From NCBI GenBank assembly GCA_965644495.1, contig CBFFSA010000005.1, positions 496,001 through 560,000 of the forward strand: DNA of 64,000 bases, read 5' to 3'. The DNA comes from Perkinsela sp. CCAP 1560/9. Its lineage: Eukaryota; Protista; Euglenozoa: Kinetoplastea. Each line of letters starts with the position of its first letter. Within the stretch, counting starts at the first letter, position 1. Shown one piece after another: positions 59,785 through 64,000 of the stretch. Position numbers and translations under genes: made by a program. A model generated the notes under the pieces. That model was not told the origin of the DNA, did no database searches, and saw nothing but the letters and a program-made list of their open reading frames with translations.

Positions 59785-61989
59785 CCTAGTAGGCATACTA
59801 AACTTTATGTGTCCCAAGGCCACTTATACCTACCCCCCGTCTACACAACAGAAGCGGGAGGCGTACCATTTTCAGAAGACATCGCAACTTTTTCTAGCAA
59901 GAACATACAAAGAAACCTTAATAGAAGGCCAAGGTATCACTTTTAACAAATATAGAGAAGGAACGCTCCGAAGCGCCGCGAAACTATTTTTTGCTTTTTA
60001 GACTAAATTTAGTATAGTACCCCCCCTCTAATAACTAATTGTAAATTACCCTGTTCTCAAGATTTATAAAGAATTAAGATTTATAAAGATTAAGGATGCG
60101 AGCGGGGTTTCATGGTGGTGCTTTAGGCCACCGGAAGTTCTGTCATCAGAAACTGGCTGGTCCAAAGACCAAGTTCATACATGGTTAATAAGAGGGGGTA
60201 TTGAGAGCAACCCCGGCCCACGGGCAGTGTGGTGTTTCCGGTCAACTAAAAACGTCATCATCAACTCTGGTTGGTCCAAAGCGCAAGTACGCACCCAGCT
60301 GATCCAAGGCTGCATTGAAAGCAACCCCGGACCGGGAAAGAAGAGGGGCCGTCCCCCCGGAAGAAAGTTCACACCTTCAGGTTCGTTGGATCTCGGGTCA
60401 CTTCAGATCCAAGCAGACTCGACGATAGAGGAAAACCCAGGCCCGGAGCGCACACGCGGCCGGCCCAAGGAAAGCAAAACAAGAGTTAAAGATGTGTTGA
60501 ATCTGGAAGAAATTCACCCTGGAAGCCCTTGCATATCTGGGGCCTCAGAAGCAGTCCCACGTGGGACCATACTGGAGAAGATGGCTGGAGGAATATTCGA
60601 AGATTGTTCAACCAAAGAGGTTCAATCGGGATCGCATATCTCACAGAAACTGTGTAATACGACAAATCTTCCGCCTCGTCAACTCCACGAAATACAAAGC
60701 CTGCGGGAAACATACACAAAACTGATTACGCGACCTAGTCTGCGTAAATTATATCACCTGCAATTACCGTGCTGGAAGGAATTATGCGGTGGAATATGCA
60801 GAGACTTTGAAATACAACACACAGACACAAAAGCAAAGATGTCGTGGAACCTATTATGCGCAGTGAAGCAGTTCTTATTCCTGCCCGAAAGTCAACTGAC
60901 TCATCGACAACTGGCGTATGAACTACGAAAGCGGATGGCCGAGCAAGAACCAAAATTTACCCCTTCGCTTGCAACCAAAAGTGTGGCAAAATTTAATCCG
61001 GTAGGGTGAGCAGAGGCACTGCTTAAACTTGATGCGATCGGGAAAGCGGCAAAAGCGCTAGAGGCGAAGGAACGACAACCACTATCTACTGAAGAGATCG
61101 CTAAGGCCATAGATCGACTTCACCCAAAGGCCTTTCGGGGTTATAAACATTTGCCGGCAAAATCTATGGACATCGAAAAGCAAACCTTAACTGACAGGGC
61201 TAGAAAGCTCGCCAAAGGATCCGCGCCGGGCCCATCAGGCTGGACACGCGAACTTCTTATACCGCTCCTAGAGGACCAGGATATCGTGGCCTGCGTTACT
61301 TGGATAGCTACAGCAGTGCTGCGAAACTCCCGAGACGCTCAGCTAAGGGACGTCTTAACCAGCTCCACTCTGATCTTGCTGCGCAAGGAGGGCCCTTCCG
61401 TAGAAGGATCCCCAGCCTGCCGACCTATAGCACTGGGGGAAATCTTTCTTAAATTGGCTAGCCAAGTCTCCATGGACAGGGTAGCAGAAGCAACGGGCAG
61501 ACTTTTCCAAGATACACAATTTGGTGTTGGAACAAGAAACGGAGGACCTAAAATAATATTAAGGGCAAGAAACGCGTTTCGTCAAGGCTTAAAAGCTGAG
61601 GTATTAGGGTGTATGGAAAGACGACGTTCTGCCTTGACAAGATATGAAGAGTCGAAGTCAGCAGTGCGTAAAGAAACCAGCGAACTACATGACGTCCATT
61701 CACTTCAGTTGATGGACAAGAGAACGCGCAATTGGACAGAGGCGCGTAGGAATCGGGGTGAGTACTTCATGCGCGACGCAGAATGGCAAACAGCCATTCT
61801 TTTTCCATGTTTTTTTTTCTTTCATATTGTTTTCCATGTCCCCCCCCTTTATTAGGGCCTTTTGCCCAAAATCGGAGTCCTATTAAATAGGGGGGGATAG
61901 TAAATATAAATCCAAAAAAATTATAATCTATATTTATAATTAGTTATTAGAGGGGGGGTATATCGTACCCATTTAGTATGCCTACTAGG
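59785..61989. mobile_element. Outer TIR element containing an inner TIR element (60019-61958)
   Basis: Perfect 18-bp IR cctagtaggcatactaaa / tttagtatgcctactagg; inner IR ccccccctctaataactaatt / aattagttattagaggggggg. Confidence 0.75.
60035..61800 (+). pseudogene. CRE/SLACS-like non-LTR retrotransposon relic with N-terminal tandem 2A-like motifs and AT-hooks
   Basis: One reading frame with a single TGA (61007-61009). AIGKAAKAL..RLHP, GSAPGPSGWTRELL, RPIALGEIFLKL and QFGVG are RT N-terminal motifs; the catalytic core appears deleted. Confidence 0.85.
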
Positions 61990-62114
61990 AATACCATCCT
62001 GGAACATGGTTTAGATAAATTCATAATTATTTGCACAACTTATGTACAACTTATGTAGGTCTTCTTTTTGTCTAGACGCCAATACCACCTTATATCTCTT
62101 ATCCTCATCCATAC

Positions 62115-63443
62115 ATGACTTGTCTCGACGCGTGCAAAGTACTCCTCCCAGAAGCCTTTCCTGAAACCTCAGACCCTATCAAAAACGTCCCCGATGACCC
62201 TCTTCACATTTCGGTCCATCATCTACGCAACAGCATCCAAATTCGTGAAAACTACCTCCGTAGCCAAACCCATAAAACCCCACCTCCCCCCCTCAACCCC
62301 TCCACTCCCCCCACACCACAGCCCCCCCATCCACCCCACACCCCCCTCCCCCCCTCCACCGCTCTCACCCCCTCATCCCATCCCCCCATCCTCCCCATCC
62401 ACCCTCTCGCCCTACGCTCCCGTCACACACGCTCCCCCTCCCCCTCCCCCCCTCCCCGCTGGTCCCTTCGCCGTGTCCTTGCCGCCCACGACGCCTCCGT
62501 GCACGCCCTCACCGTGGACCCCAGCAACACCCTCTTCTTCAGCGCCTCCGCGGACGGCACCGTGAGGGCCTGGGACCTCGCGACCTGCGCGCTCCGGGTC
62601 ACGCTCACGGGCCACCGTGCCGGGGTGCGCGCGTTGGCCTGCAGCGGGTCCCACCCCTACGTGTACAGCGCGGGGGAGGACCGCAGGGTGCGGTGCTGGG
62701 ACCTGGACCACGGGAACGTGGTGGTGCGTCAGCTGGTGGGGAGCCTCGGGGGGGTGTACGCTGTGGGGGAACACCCGGGGGTCGCGGGGGTGGTGGTGAG
62801 TGGGGGGGGTGATGGGGCGGTGCGGGTGTGGGATCTACGCACCTCGAGAGGGGTGTTTACGATGGTGGGGCACTGCGGGGCGGTGAGTGCGGTGGGGTGT
62901 GGGCGGGCGGAGCCGCAGGTGGTGTCGTGTGGGGGGGCGGATGGGACGGTGAGGTTGTGGGATTTGGCCGCGGGGAGGTGTAGGGAGACGTTGACGAGGC
63001 ATAGGAAAGGGGTGAGGTGTGGGGTGATTCACCCGGTGGAGTATGGAATGGTGAGTTGTAGTTCGGATTCGGTGAGGAAGTGGGCGTTTCCGAAGGGGGA
63101 GGCGGTGCAGAAGCATGATCCGCAGTTCCCGCGGGAGGAGGGGACGGGGGAGGGTTCCGGCTTGCGTGGGTCTGCACCGGACTTGATTCATGGTTGTGCG
63201 GTGAACCCTCAGGGTAACATTTTAGTAACGTGTCGTGGTTCCGGTGAGCTATGTTTTCATGACTGGAGCACGCTGCAAGTTTTTCAGCGTTCCATGGAGA
63301 AATCTTATTCTTTGCGTGAGAAATCGGAAGTGCCGTCGAGTGGTCCCAGCATACGTAGTTGCTCGTTTGATTTTAGTGGTTCACGATTATTGACCGCCCT
63401 AGAGGACAAAACGATTCATTGTTGGCAAGAGGTTACCGAATAA
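62115..63443 (+). CDS. PRP46: Spliceosomal WD40 protein PLRG1/PRP46
   Basis: PPRWSLRRVLAAH, VDPSN..F.SASAD, LRVTLTGH, HPYVYSAGEDRRVRCWDL, EPQVVS, VRLWDLAAGR..TLTRHRKGVR, FDFSGSRLLT. Confidence 0.93.
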   Translation: MTCLDACKVLLPEAFPETSDPIKNVPDDPLHISVHHLRNSIQIRENYLRSQTHKTPPPPLNPSTPPTPQPPHPPHTPLPPSTALTPSSHPPILPIHPLALRSRHTRSPSPSPPPRWSLRRVLAAHDASVHALTVDPSNTLFFSASADGTVRAWDLATCALRVTLTGHRAGVRALACSGSHPYVYSAGEDRRVRCWDLDHGNVVVRQLVGSLGGVYAVGEHPGVAGVVVSGGGDGAVRVWDLRTSRGVFTMVGHCGAVSAVGCGRAEPQVVSCGGADGTVRLWDLAAGRCRETLTRHRKGVRCGVIHPVEYGMVSCSSDSVRKWAFPKGEAVQKHDPQFPREEGTGEGSGLRGSAPDLIHGCAVNPQGNILVTCRGSGELCFHDWSTLQVFQRSMEKSYSLREKSEVPSSGPSIRSCSFDFSGSRLLTALEDKTIHCWQEVTE

Positions 63444-64000
63444 ATCGAGCTTGAATATACAGCTGGGGAAAGATGCAGGCTGGGGAAAGATGTACATACT
63501 GTGCTTTCATGAACACCCTTCGCTTTCCATTGGTACAGGATGCATGTACGGAATTACGTATCCTTTCTGCCTTGTAGTGGTGCAGTTGATTTTTTACTGC
63601 TACTTTTTTATCGCTCCTCTTCTGCGAAATATTGCACTACGCAAATGAACATTGCGCAAGATTTTGACATTTGCGCATGATTTTGAAGAATTTTCTACCT
63701 CACGTCTACTAGCCTCCGGTTGGTGGTGCGAAAATAAAAGTTTTACCTTGTCTTGAAGATACAGAAGTATCTCGCAGATACAGTATTAGGTATTCATGAA
63801 CAGGTACTGCGCATACAGCTGTATGGCCATCTCCCGGGTCAGAGTCCACATGTTTTAGGCTGCGGTGTACAGGAGGTACCGAGACGGCATCAGGTGGGAA
63901 GCCCGCACTTACAATATGTATAAAGTTGATATTCGTGTTGCATGCATTTCTAGCGCAGATTTAAGCTACACGTCCCTTTTTCATTTTGCATTGATTTATC

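Noticed and set aside
61007-61009. Programmed TGA readthrough or selenocysteine in the RT ORF
   Set aside because: The element is internally deleted and TE-nested, so a nonsense mutation is the simpler explanation.

Overview
Eukaryotic nuclear DNA, almost certainly from a kinetoplastid. The ATP synthase beta sequence is trypanosomatid-like, the ~21 credible genes are intronless and all on the + strand (one directional, polycistronic-type cluster), and a dispersed LPxxL-type LRR family suggests a Perkinsela-like prokinetoplastid (inference). Recognisable genes: eIF2B-epsilon, UTP13/TBL3, chorismate synthase, ATP synthase beta, DPH1, a BCNT/SWC5-like protein, a HELLS/DDM1-like SNF2 ATPase, TMEM170-like, PWP2, SNF1/AMPK-alpha, peptide deformylase, mitoribosomal bL36m-like, a sulfotransferase-like protein, RPB6, an ERGIC/Erv46-like protein and PLRG1/PRP46, plus three LRR genes and orphans. 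The intergenic DNA is packed with nested non-autonomous DNA transposons (TA-, TNA- and 8-bp-TSD MITEs, Tc1 transposase relics) and a ~1 kb hairpin-ended dispersed repeat. It also holds a DIRS/TATE-like relic and a 13 x 170-bp array that can fold extensively. Most notable: (1) a CRE/SLACS-type reverse transcriptase relic whose ORF opens with three tandem 2A-like (StopGo) motifs interleaved with AT-hooks, nested inside two TIR elements; (2) sharp C/A-rich to G/T-rich strand-skew switches inside coding sequences (PLRG1, AMPK); (3) the structured 170-bp array. All calls come from reading the sequence by eye; no database searches were run.
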